This document shows positions 52,389 to 62,049 of a stretch of 64,000 nt of DNA, one piece after another. Where the stretch lies: positions 2,784,001 to 2,848,000 of the forward strand of contig OZ252244.1 in NCBI GenBank assembly GCA_965249575.1. The letters are read 5' to 3'. The notes beneath the pieces were generated by a model. The model had not been told where the DNA came from. It saw nothing but the letters and a program-made list of their open reading frames with translations, and did no database searches. The stretch is from Gemmatimonadales bacterium. Lineage in GTDB: Bacteria; Gemmatimonadota; Gemmatimonadetes; Gemmatimonadales; GWC2-71-9. The position numbers and the translations under genes are program-made. The stretch's first letter is position 1. Each line of letters starts with the position of its first letter.

Positions 52389-53079
52389 AGTGGATGGCGT
52401 CTCCTTCACCTTGCGCAAGGGACAAATTCTCGGGCTCGCCGGACTCCAGGGTTCGGGGACGAGCGAAGTGCTGCACGCGCTCTTTGGCGCGCTGGGGCGT
52501 CGCGCAGCAGGGCAGGCGCGGCTCGACGGAGAGCTCCTTGCCATGCGTGATCCCCAGGAGTCCGTCGAACGTGGCGTGGTACTCCTGACGAATGATCGGA
52601 AGTCCTCGGGTCTCGCGCCCGACCTGAACGTGACCCACAGCGTCAGCTTGACCAGTCTCTCACGGTTCTGTACCCGCACCGGGTGGGTACGCCGAGTAGA
52701 GGAGAGAGCGGCGGTCCGCAGCGTGATGCGCGGATTCAACCTGGGCGTCCCTTCCTTTGAGGTGCCGGTGCGCACCCTATCCGGAGGCAACCAGCAGAAG
52801 GTCTATCTCGCCCGCTGTCTCCTGCCACAGCCGCGTGTTCTTTTGCTGGACGAGCCGACTCGCGGCATCGACGTCGGGGCGAAGGCGGATATCTACGATC
52901 TCATGCGCACCTGGGTCGAGCAGGGTATCGCGATTGTGCTGATGACCTCGGAGATGGATGAGCTACTCACCCTCAGCGATCGGATCCTGGTGATGCACCG
53001 GGGACGGGTCGCGGCCGCCCTCACGCGCGAGACGGCGTCCAAGGACACGGTCCTCGCGGCAGCCATGGGGACGCCGTGA
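52389..53079 (+). pseudogene. Sugar ABC transporter ATP-binding protein (RbsA/MglA-like), C-terminal half only
   Basis: VDGVSFTLRKGQILGLAGLQGSG, DRK, LSGGNQQKV, LLDEPTRGIDVGAK; first NBD missing, fused in frame to the TolC fragment. Confidence 0.85.
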
Positions 53080-54097
53080 TGTCACGATCGACGCAGGGTC
53101 CGATGAGCCCTCCTGGGGCTGTGAGACTGCGCCAATGGTGGACGACGCCGGTCGCACGGGCGCTGATGGCGCTCTTATTCATGATCGCCATCGGCTGCGT
53201 CTTCAGCGCCGACGGGGCTTTTTTCGGTGGAGCGTCCATCGTGATATGCTGCGTCAGGTGTCGGTCTTCGGTATTCTCGCGTGTGGGATGACGGTGGTCA
53301 TTATCACCGCCGGCATCGATCTCTCGGTCAGCAGCCTCTTGGCGCTCTCGGCGGTTTCGTTCGCGTGGCTCACATTGTGGCAGGGACTCCCCGCGGTCCT
53401 AGCCATTCCCTTGGTCATGGCATTCGGCGCGGCCCTGGGGTCGGTCTCCGGCGCATTGGTGGCCCGGATGCACATCCAACCGTTCATCGTCACGCTGGCA
53501 ATGATGGTCTTCGCACGCGGGCTCGCAAAGGTCGTCTCCGGAGGCACGAAGATCACGAACTACGTGACGGAGGCCGACGGCTCCTCTCACCTCGTCGATC
53601 TTCCACCGGTCTTCGACATCCTGGACCGCATGATCCTGGGAGAGAACCTCTCGATCGTCACGATAATCTTTCTCGTTTGCGTCCTGGCCACGTGGGTCGT
53701 GCTGTCGCGACTTCGACTCGGGCGGCACATCTATGCCGTGGGTGGAAATAAAGAAGCTGCGCGGCTGTCGGGCGTGCCGGTTCGTCGAACGCTGGTCATG
53801 GCGTACGCCCTCTCCGGACTGTTCGCGGCGGTCGCCGGATTCTGTCAGGCTGCCCAGGAAACCCACGGAGATCCCGAAACCGGCATGGCATACGAGCTCG
53901 ATGCCATCGCCATGGTGGTCATCGGGGGCACCACGTTGGCGGGCGGCAAGGGTGGCGTCATGTTGACCCTGATCGGAGCCCTGACGATCGGCTACCTTCA
54001 GAAGATCCTGTCGCTCAACGCCGCGCCGGAGGCGACTCGCCTCATGCTGACGGGCGCGATCATCATCTGCGCCGTGCTGTTCCAACGCGCAAAGTAG
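53079..54097 (+). pseudogene. Sugar ABC permease (RbsC-like), 1-nt frameshift in a T6 run at 53219-53224
   Basis: N-terminus ends ADGAFF in one frame and continues RWSVHRDMLRQVS..GIDLSV..YELDAIA..IGGT in another. Confidence 0.85.
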
Positions 54098-54112
54098 GGG
54101 GAATCAGCGAAT

Positions 54113-55069
54113 ATGCCGCTCCGCGAGCTCGGCATCCTCTGGATCTGTATGCTCGCCGGCGTCGGCTGCGCCTCCGAGGCTCGGAGGCCGCACGCCGGCA
54201 CGCCCGAGGATCCCTGGGTCCTGGGCATGAGCCAGTCCAACCTGGGCGAACCCTGGCGCGTGCAGATGGATGCCGATATCAGATCCGCAGCCGCCCGGCA
54301 CGCCAACGTGAGGGTGATCTTCAAGGACGCCCAGAACAGCTCCCTGGTGCAGCGGGCGCAGGTGGAGGAGTTCGCCCAGCAGGGCGTCGACCTGATCATC
54401 ATCAGCCCCAAGGAGGCCGCGCCACTCACCAAGCCGGTGGCAGAAGCCTACCGGAATGGGATGCCCGTCGTGGTTCTCGACCGTGAGGTTCAGGGCGACC
54501 AATACACCAGCTTCATCGGAGCCGACAACGTACGGATCGGCCGTGAAGCCGGTAGCTGGATCCGCGAGACGCTGGGCGGAAGGGGCAAGATCGTCGAGCT
54601 CAAGGGTCTGATGACCTCGACGCCGGCCCAGGACCGGAACCGTGGCTTCCTCGAAGGCCTGGAGCTCGAGCGTCATCCCGGACTGGAGATCGTCTTCACC
54701 GGCGAGATGCAATGGCTGGAGCCCAACGCCCGCAGGGAGATGGAATCAGCGCTGGCCACGAACGCCGAGATCGGCGTAGTCTACTCCCACAACGATCCGG
54801 GAGCCCACGGCGCCTGGCTTGCGGCGCGGGCGGCTGGCAGAGAGGAAGACATCATATTCGTGGGCATCGATGCGCTGCCACATGAAGGGCAGCAGTACGT
54901 ACGGCAGGGCATTCTCGATGCAACGTTCCTTTACCCCACTGGTGGCGAAGAAGCCATTGAGCTCGCTCTCGCGATCCTGCGGGGCGAGGAGGTTGCGGAC
55001 AGGATCGTCCTCGGAACTCGGTTCTTCACGTGGGAGAATGTCGGTGCGGGTGGTCAGCGTATTGAGTAG
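54113..55069 (+). CDS. Sugar ABC substrate-binding lipoprotein (RbsB-like)
   Basis: GVGC lipobox-like site; GMSQSNLGEPWR, FIGADN, YSHND, GIDAL. Confidence 0.9.
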   Translation: MPLRELGILWICMLAGVGCASEARRPHAGTPEDPWVLGMSQSNLGEPWRVQMDADIRSAAARHANVRVIFKDAQNSSLVQRAQVEEFAQQGVDLIIISPKEAAPLTKPVAEAYRNGMPVVVLDREVQGDQYTSFIGADNVRIGREAGSWIRETLGGRGKIVELKGLMTSTPAQDRNRGFLEGLELERHPGLEIVFTGEMQWLEPNARREMESALATNAEIGVVYSHNDPGAHGAWLAARAAGREEDIIFVGIDALPHEGQQYVRQGILDATFLYPTGGEEAIELALAILRGEEVADRIVLGTRFFTWENVGAGGQRIE

Positions 55070-55090
55070 ACGGACCAAGGAGGAGCTACC

Positions 55091-56611
55091 GTGAAGCAGC
55101 GAATCGCTCTCTTCTGGCCGGGTGACGGTCGTGACCGACCCAACGAGCTGGCGCTGCCGAACGTGACCGAGGCCACCAGACAGATGGAGGCAGCCCTCGG
55201 AAAGCTCGGCAAAGAGCCCTACTTGGTGGAAGGCTTCTTGACGAAACCCCACCACGCGGTCGAACGGCTGGGGCCCATTCACGATCCGATGATCGGCATC
55301 TGCGTGCACTGGTTCTACGGGCCGCACACTACCGAGGGCGTCGTTGGGAAGGAGAACCCGTTACTACTCGCCAGTAACTTCTCCGGCCGATGGCCAGGTC
55401 TGGTCGGGCTTCTCAACACCGGTGCCTGCTTGGAAAGCTTGGGAAGGCCGTTTTCGCGGGTCTGGACGGAGGCTCGAGACTGGACCGGCGACGAGGTCTT
55501 CATGGCGCGGCTCGAGGAGTGGTGCTCGTCCGGGGGCATCGCCTATGGCGAGGAGGACATTGCCTACGACGCAGACATCTCGGCCCAAGCTGCACGAACG
55601 GCCGATCAAGTGGCAAGGGAGCTCCGGGAACGACGCGCCCTGATCCTCATGCTGGGCGACACCTCAATGGGCATGATCAACGGCTACTTCGGGCCCCGCC
55701 TGCTCAATCAGCACGGTTTCACCGAGCACAAGGTGGATCAAGCCTGGATCATTCACCGGGGCCGCGGCATCGATGACGCGCGCCTGGACGCCGCCCTCGC
55801 GTTCGTCAAGCGGCATGGCGTGACATTCCACTGGAACGAGGATGACGCCGAAGACTTCGGGGAGGATGCGACCCGCGAGCAACTGCGTGATTACCTGTCC
55901 GTTCTGGATCTGGTGGATGAGTACAAGGCGGACTGCCTAGGGTGGCAGTACCAGCTAGGGCTGCTCTCCCTCCGCCCACCCTCGGACTTCGCGGAAGGAC
56001 TCTTCAACTCGGTGTGCCGCCCAGAGTCGAACGGCGACACCGTCGTCTGTGCAACCGAGGCCGACCAGGGCAACGTCATCCCGATGGAGATGATGAAGCG
56101 TCTACTCAAGGCGAAGGGCCTGCATCAAGCCGTAATGTTCCACGACGTCCGGTGGGGCGGAGCGCACGAAGGGCGATTCCTATGGGTCCTCCTCAACTCG
56201 GGCTCCAGCAGTGCATACCCGTTCAACCACGACCCCGGCACGCTGTCGGGCACGCATAGCTATCGTCAGCCACGTCTGTACTTCCCCGTTCCCGGCGGGA
56301 CGTTCGCCGGCGAGAGCCTCCCGGGGGAGATCACTTGGTCACGCTGCTACATCAAGGACGACGTCCTCTGGATGGATATCGGACGAGGTGAGGTCGTGAG
56401 GCTACCACCCGAGAAGCGGGACGCCTGGTGGGAAGGCACCACCCGGCAGTGGCCCTTCATGGCTGCCGACTTGGGAATCGGTCGTGACACGCTCATGGCG
56501 CACTACCTCTCGAACCACGTGGCGGTGGCCTACGGAAACATCTTCGAGGAAATGGTGGCGCTCTCGCGGGAGCTGGGGTTCAAAGTCAGGATCCTCGCTG
56601 CACAGAGCTAG
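55091..56611 (+). CDS. L-fucose/L-arabinose isomerase-like protein
   Basis: [37 protein letters not shown]; located in a sugar operon. Confidence 0.7.
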   Translation: MKQRIALFWPGDGRDRPNELALPNVTEATRQMEAALGKLGKEPYLVEGFLTKPHHAVERLGPIHDPMIGICVHWFYGPHTTEGVVGKENPLLLASNFSGRWPGLVGLLNTGACLESLGRPFSRVWTEARDWTGDEVFMARLEEWCSSGGIAYGEEDIAYDADISAQAARTADQVARELRERRALILMLGDTSMGMINGYFGPRLLNQHGFTEHKVDQAWIIHRGRGIDDARLDAALAFVKRHGVTFHWNEDDAEDFGEDATREQLRDYLSVLDLVDEYKADCLGWQYQLGLLSLRPPSDFAEGLFNSVCRPESNGDTVVCATEADQGNVIPMEMMKRLLKAKGLHQAVMFHDVRWGGAHEGRFLWVLLNSGSSSAYPFNHDPGTLSGTHSYRQPRLYFPVPGGTFAGESLPGEITWSRCYIKDDVLWMDIGRGEVVRLPPEKRDAWWEGTTRQWPFMAADLGIGRDTLMAHYLSNHVAVAYGNIFEEMVALSRELGFKVRILAAQS

Positions 56612-56622
56612 GGTCGGGTACC

Positions 56623-57414
56623 GTGAAGGAACGCTTCTACATGGCCGTGTCCAAGCAACCCAGATTCATTCCAGGAATCTGGGGACCGTACTTTTCGGCC
56701 ATGGTGCCGGGATTCTGGTTGACGGAGGGAGGGCAGTCGGCCACCGGCGCCCTGGTCGATCACGTGGTGTACTCTCATGCGCGCGCGGCCGAGCTACGCG
56801 AAGCGGCCGAAGAGCGCGGCAGCACGCCGTTCGCAATGCTGAACGAACGCCTGGATGCGCTGTCGGCAGAGTCTGCGTTCCCCGCCGCACTCACGGCGGA
56901 GCTTCATGTGCTGCCCTACTTTCACGGTAACCGCAGTCCGCGCGCCGATCCCAGACTTCGTGGCATGGTGTCGGGGCTCAAACTCTCCGATTCCCTCGAC
57001 TCGCTGGCCCTGCTCTACCTGGCCACCATCCAGGCCATTGCTCATGGTACGCGCCACATCCTGGAAGAGATGAACCGGAAGGGCTACGGCATCCGGACGC
57101 TGGTCGCCTGCGGCGGTGACTTCAAGAACCCCGTGATTCTGCGTGAGCACGCCGACATCACGGGTTGCCGCGTCGCGCTGCCCAACGAGCCCGAAGCGGT
57201 GCTCCTAGGGTCGGCAATGATGGGCGCAGTAGCCGCCGGGGACTACGCGTCACTGCTTTCGGCGATGGGCGCGATGAGCGTGGCCCATCGGGTCGTCGAG
57301 CCAGCGGGCGGCGACGTCGCCCGATACCACGATCGCAAGTACCGGGTTTTCCACCGCATGTACGAAGACCAGGTCGCCTACGGAAAGATCATGAGATCGA
57401 CTCCCGTGACGTGA
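56623..57414 (+). pseudogene. FGGY pentulose (ribulo)kinase lacking its N-terminal domain
   Basis: MKERFY joined to [30 protein letters not shown]; no GIDVGT motif. Confidence 0.8.
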
Positions 57415-57468
57415 CGTCTCGAGATTCCGCCTCGTCAATGGCGGTCTGTACAGGAATGAGGTGAGGTC

Positions 57469-59211
57469 ATGACATCGAGCATTCGAGTCGTCTGGGGCAT
57501 CCTGCTGGCCGTGCTCACATGGCAAACGCAAGCGATGGCTCAGGACGACGGCGCTTCGGTCTGGGTGGAAGAAACGCTGGCCGGTCTCACTTTGGAGAAG
57601 AAGATCGGCCAGCTCATCTCCTCGGACATCGCTGGAGGCTACATCGCCGCCGATCATCCCCGGCTAGAACGCTGGATCACGCTGGCCCGCGATTATGGGC
57701 TGGGCATGTTCGTTCTGTACGGTGGAACCCCACTCGACGTGACCCGTCTCCTGAACCGCCTGCAAAAGGAGGCGGAGATCCCCATCCTGATGGCCGCGGA
57801 CTTCGAGGGTGGCCCGGGTCAGCAGGTGGCCGGCGCGACTGAGTACCCCGCCAACATGGCCTTCGCCGCCGCCGGCTCGGACGATTTGGTCTATCGCGCG
57901 GCGTCTGCCGCCGGAGTCGAGGGGAGAGCAATGGGAATCCACCTCACCTACACGCCGGTGGTGGACGTCTCCTTACGGCCTGAAAATCCGGCGGAGAGCG
58001 TTCGCTCCTTCGGGGGGGACCTGGGGTTGCTGGGCAGAATGGTCCGAGCCTACGTCCGGGGGTACCACGAAAACGGGATGCTCACGTCGGCCAAACACTT
58101 CCCCGGGCGAGGCGACGCCGAGCGCATGCCCAGCAGACCTGCTTGGAGCTGGATCAACAAACCCGCCGAGGCTGTCGCGACACAGGAGTTCAAGGCCTTC
58201 AAGCACGCCATCGATGCCGGCGTCGACTTCGTCATGAGCGAGCACCTCGCGGTGCCTTCCGTCACCGGCGGGTCGGAATTTCCGGCTAGCGTGGAAAAGA
58301 AGCTCGCCACGGGATGGCTCCGGGACAGTCTCGGGTTCGAGGGCATCCTGACAACCGACGATCTATGGTACGACCATGTGGTCGAGCGTTTTGGGACGGA
58401 GGGAGTGGCGGTCAGGGCCTTCGAAGCCGGTCACGACATCATCCTCAAGCCAAAGGATCCGGTGGCGACAATTACGGCCCTGGCAGACGCCGTGCGCTCC
58501 GGTCGGATCAGTGAAAGCCGGATTGATGCGTCGGTGCGTAGGCTCCTCTCCGCAAAGGCGCGGCTGAAACTGCACACGAACCGCTTCGTCGACGAAGCTC
58601 GAGTGAGCCAGCTCGTCGGCACGCCGGACCACCTGGCGATTGCTCAGGAAGTGGCCGACCGTTCTCTGACACTTCTCAAGAACGACGGGGTGCTCCCTGT
58701 CGCGCAGGGCCGGATGGGCGCGGTGGTCAACATCAATATCCAGAAAGAGGACATCCATCCCTCACCGTCGGTACTGTCGGCTCACCTGGCCGCCGAGTTA
58801 CCGAGCGTACAGAACTTCACTCTTCGCCCCGACATGAATCCCTCCGTCTATGACGCAGCGTGGCGGGCTATCGCCGAATCCGACCTGGTCATCCTGTCGT
58901 TTTTCGTCCAGCGAACCAAGACGGAGGACGCGACGCCCATGAGGGAGGGCGACTTGGACTTCCTCGAGAAAATCATCACGGCAAAGCCGGGTGCGGTGGT
59001 GGCGATGGCGTACGGCAACCCGCACCTCATCAGGAAGATCCCCGCGGTCGCTGCGTTCCTCGTGGGCTTCAGCGAGCGGGGCTGGTTTGGCAATCAGGAG
59101 GTCTATTTCGACTCCTTCGTCAAAGTGCTCACCGGAGAGATCGTGCCTTCGGGCAAACTCCCGGTCAGGGTCAGCGAGGTGTATCCCATCGGCAGCGGAT
59201 TGAGCTACTAA
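57469..59211 (+). CDS. Glycoside hydrolase family 3 (beta-hexosaminidase-like), secreted
   Basis: AADFEGG, PVVDV, RSFG, AKHFPG, LGFEGILTTDDL, SLTLLKN. Confidence 0.88.
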   Translation: MTSSIRVVWGILLAVLTWQTQAMAQDDGASVWVEETLAGLTLEKKIGQLISSDIAGGYIAADHPRLERWITLARDYGLGMFVLYGGTPLDVTRLLNRLQKEAEIPILMAADFEGGPGQQVAGATEYPANMAFAAAGSDDLVYRAASAAGVEGRAMGIHLTYTPVVDVSLRPENPAESVRSFGGDLGLLGRMVRAYVRGYHENGMLTSAKHFPGRGDAERMPSRPAWSWINKPAEAVATQEFKAFKHAIDAGVDFVMSEHLAVPSVTGGSEFPASVEKKLATGWLRDSLGFEGILTTDDLWYDHVVERFGTEGVAVRAFEAGHDIILKPKDPVATITALADAVRSGRISESRIDASVRRLLSAKARLKLHTNRFVDEARVSQLVGTPDHLAIAQEVADRSLTLLKNDGVLPVAQGRMGAVVNINIQKEDIHPSPSVLSAHLAAELPSVQNFTLRPDMNPSVYDAAWRAIAESDLVILSFFVQRTKTEDATPMREGDLDFLEKIITAKPGAVVAMAYGNPHLIRKIPAVAAFLVGFSERGWFGNQEVYFDSFVKVLTGEIVPSGKLPVRVSEVYPIGSGLSY

Positions 59212-59286
59212 GTGGGCTGAATCCATCGCGTGGACGGTTCCGCGCGCTCTCGCCGTCCTGTGTAGCGAACACTATCTTAGCCCACT

Positions 59287-61998
59287 ATGACCGAGATCAC
59301 CGGCCGGCTTTCGACCGCCCTCGCTGACCGCTATCGGATCGAGCGACATCTGGGCGAGGGCGGTATGGCGACCGTCTATCTCGCCCATGATCTGAAGCAC
59401 GACCGCCACGTGGCCCTCAAGGTGTTGCGGCCGGAGCTGGTGGCCGTCATCGGTGCCGGGCGGTTCCTGGCCGAGATCAAGACCACGGCGAACCTCCAAT
59501 ACCCGCACATCCTGGCCCTGTTCGATTCCGGCGAGGCCGACGGCCTCGTCTTCTATGTCATGCCGTATGTCGAGGGCGAGTCGCTGCGCGATCGAATCGC
59601 GCGGGAGCATCAGCTGCCGGTGGACGAGGCAGTACGGATCACCACGGAAGTGGCCGACGCCCTCGAATACGCCCACGGCCACGGCGTGGTGCATCGGGAT
59701 ATCAAGCCCGAGAACATCCTGCTGCACGGCGGGCACGCGCTGGTCGCGGATTTCGGTATCGCGCTCGCGGTGTCGCGCACGGACAGCGGCACCCGGATCA
59801 CCGAGACCGGCATGTCGCTCGGCACCCCGCATTACATGAGTCCCGAGCAGGCGATGGGCGAGCGGGAGATCACGGCCAAGGCCGACGTGTACGCGCTCGG
59901 CTGCGTGCTCTACGAAATGCTGACCGGCGAGCCGCCGTTCACGGGTCCCACCGTGCAGGCGATCATCGCGCGGGTCATGACCGAGGCGCCACGATCGCTC
60001 ACGATCCAGCGCCATACCATTCCAGCGCACGTCGAGGCGGCGATCATCCAGGCGCTCGAGAAGCTGCCGGCGGACCGGTTCGCGACTGCAGCGGCGTTCT
60101 CCTCGGCGCTGAGCGATCCGTCGTATCGGACGACGGCGGCCACGACTTCGGCTCTTCAACCCGAACGGCGGGATACTCCATGGGGTTCGCTCCGGCGCCT
60201 CCAGGTCCCGGCCGCCGCCCTGGTGGGCCTCGCGATTGGCGCCGCGCTGTTGGCCGTGCTGCGGTCGCCGCCCCCGGCGCCCGTCACGCGTTATGGCCTG
60301 GCGCTGCCCGCGTCGCAGGAGCCCGATCCGCTCTTGCGGGCGATCCCTGCACCGGACGGCTCACGGATCGTGTACGTTGGACCCGCCGAACGTGGCCAGC
60401 AGCTCTGGGTCAAGGAGCGCAACAGGTACGACGCGACGCCGATGCCCGCGACGGTCGGCGTCAGCAACTTCAGCTTCTCGCCAAACGGCGAGTGGATTGC
60501 GTTCGAGCAGGGGAGGCAGCTCAAGAAACTCCCGATCCAAGGTGGGGCGGCGCCCATCACCCTGGCTGACTCGGTGTCCGGCCGACCGGGGATCGCCTGG
60601 CTCGAGGACGGCACCATCATCTACCTCGGTCGGTTTGGGCAGATGTGGCGCGTTCCGGACGTCGGCGGTCAAGCGACGTTGGTGTTGGCGGACAGCGCGC
60701 CGGTGTATCTTCCCACCCCGCTACTCCGTGGTCGGGGTGTGCTGTTCACCCGTTGCTCGGGGGGATGCGCGACCGAGCAGAATCTGTGGGCGCTCGACCT
60801 CCGATCGGGGGCCGCGAACCGCGTGCTGACCGGCGCGGCGATCGCCCACTACGTCGAGACCGGACACCTCGTCTACATACGCAGGGACGGTGGGATGTTC
60901 GCGGCACCGTTCGACCTCGGCTTGCTGGAGACGACCGGGTCGCCGATCCCGGTCATGGACGGCGTGTCCGTGTTAAACGGAATCTATCCGTTGGCCGCTC
61001 TCTCGACTTCCGGCACGCTGGTCATGCGCGCCGGCGGGTCGCTTGCGACGCTTCAGCGCTTCGAAATGGTGTGGGTGGACCGCGATGGCAGCGAGATTCC
61101 GGTCGACTCGACGTGGACGTTCCGGTTTACGAACTTCGGCGCCAACGTCGGCTGGGCACTGTCCCCCGACGGCAGCCGCCTGGTCATCGGTCTCGGGACG
61201 GACCTGGGTGACGACATCTGGCTGAAACAGCTTCCCCGGGGCCCAGTGTCGCGGGTGTCGTACGACAGTGCCGCGGAATACAGGCCCCGCTGGATGCCCG
61301 ATGGACGGTCCGTGATGTTTGGCTCGAACCGGCGAGGTCCGGGCGGCGGAGGGTTGTATTCGCGACCCGCCGACGGAACTGGTACGGACTCCCTCATCGT
61401 GCGGGCGGACGGGGGAATCTACGAGGGCGCCTGGTCGCCGGATGGTCGCTGGTTGCTGTTCCGGAGCGGTGGGTTTCTAGGCCAAGTCGGAGGCCGGGAT
61501 ATCCTCGGAATGAGACCCGGCGTGGACAGCACGCCCGTGCCGGTCGTCGCGACGACATACGACGAGGAGGCGATCGCGCTATCGCCCGACGGCCGGTGGC
61601 TGGCCTACGAGTCGAACGAGACCGGCATCACCGAGGTGTTCATCCGCCCGTTTCCAAATACCGACGAGGGGAAGTGGCAGGTGTCGAACGGCGGTGGCGT
61701 GGCCCCGCTGTGGGCCAGGAGCGGCCGAGAGTTGTTCTACGTGAGTGCGGGCCGGGACATGATGGCAGTCAGGGTGGGATCCGATACCGACCCGCAGCTC
61801 GGTGAGCCACGCGCGTTGTTCCGCCTCAGTGACGAGCTGTACCTCGAGGATCAGGAGTGGTATACCCCGTACGACGTCGCCCCCGACGGCCGGTTCATCA
61901 TGGCGCGCAACGTGACGCCACCTTCGAGCTTCGAGGCTCGGCTGATCGTGGTCGACAACTGGCTCGAGGAGCTGCGGCAAAAGCTCGGCACCCCGTGA
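59287..61998 (+). CDS. Ser/Thr protein kinase with TM helix and TolB/PD40 beta-propeller (only intact member of the stub family)
   Basis: All kinase subdomains (GEGGMATVY, VALK, HRDIKPEN, DFG, GTPHYMSPEQ); repeated SPDG; ends VVDNWLEELRQKLGTP. Confidence 0.95.
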   Translation: MTEITGRLSTALADRYRIERHLGEGGMATVYLAHDLKHDRHVALKVLRPELVAVIGAGRFLAEIKTTANLQYPHILALFDSGEADGLVFYVMPYVEGESLRDRIAREHQLPVDEAVRITTEVADALEYAHGHGVVHRDIKPENILLHGGHALVADFGIALAVSRTDSGTRITETGMSLGTPHYMSPEQAMGEREITAKADVYALGCVLYEMLTGEPPFTGPTVQAIIARVMTEAPRSLTIQRHTIPAHVEAAIIQALEKLPADRFATAAAFSSALSDPSYRTTAATTSALQPERRDTPWGSLRRLQVPAAALVGLAIGAALLAVLRSPPPAPVTRYGLALPASQEPDPLLRAIPAPDGSRIVYVGPAERGQQLWVKERNRYDATPMPATVGVSNFSFSPNGEWIAFEQGRQLKKLPIQGGAAPITLADSVSGRPGIAWLEDGTIIYLGRFGQMWRVPDVGGQATLVLADSAPVYLPTPLLRGRGVLFTRCSGGCATEQNLWALDLRSGAANRVLTGAAIAHYVETGHLVYIRRDGGMFAAPFDLGLLETTGSPIPVMDGVSVLNGIYPLAALSTSGTLVMRAGGSLATLQRFEMVWVDRDGSEIPVDSTWTFRFTNFGANVGWALSPDGSRLVIGLGTDLGDDIWLKQLPRGPVSRVSYDSAAEYRPRWMPDGRSVMFGSNRRGPGGGGLYSRPADGTGTDSLIVRADGGIYEGAWSPDGRWLLFRSGGFLGQVGGRDILGMRPGVDSTPVPVVATTYDEEAIALSPDGRWLAYESNETGITEVFIRPFPNTDEGKWQVSNGGGVAPLWARSGRELFYVSAGRDMMAVRVGSDTDPQLGEPRALFRLSDELYLEDQEWYTPYDVAPDGRFIMARNVTPPSSFEARLIVVDNWLEELRQKLGTP

Positions 61999-62049
61999 CC
62001 CCCTGGTCCACCCCGTCCGCTCCGTAGCCACACGTATTAACATATCTAC

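Noticed and set aside
53219..53224. Phase-variable poly-T switch in the permease
   Set aside because: The run is only 6 nt and neighbouring genes are irreversibly deleted; decay or sequencing error is simpler.
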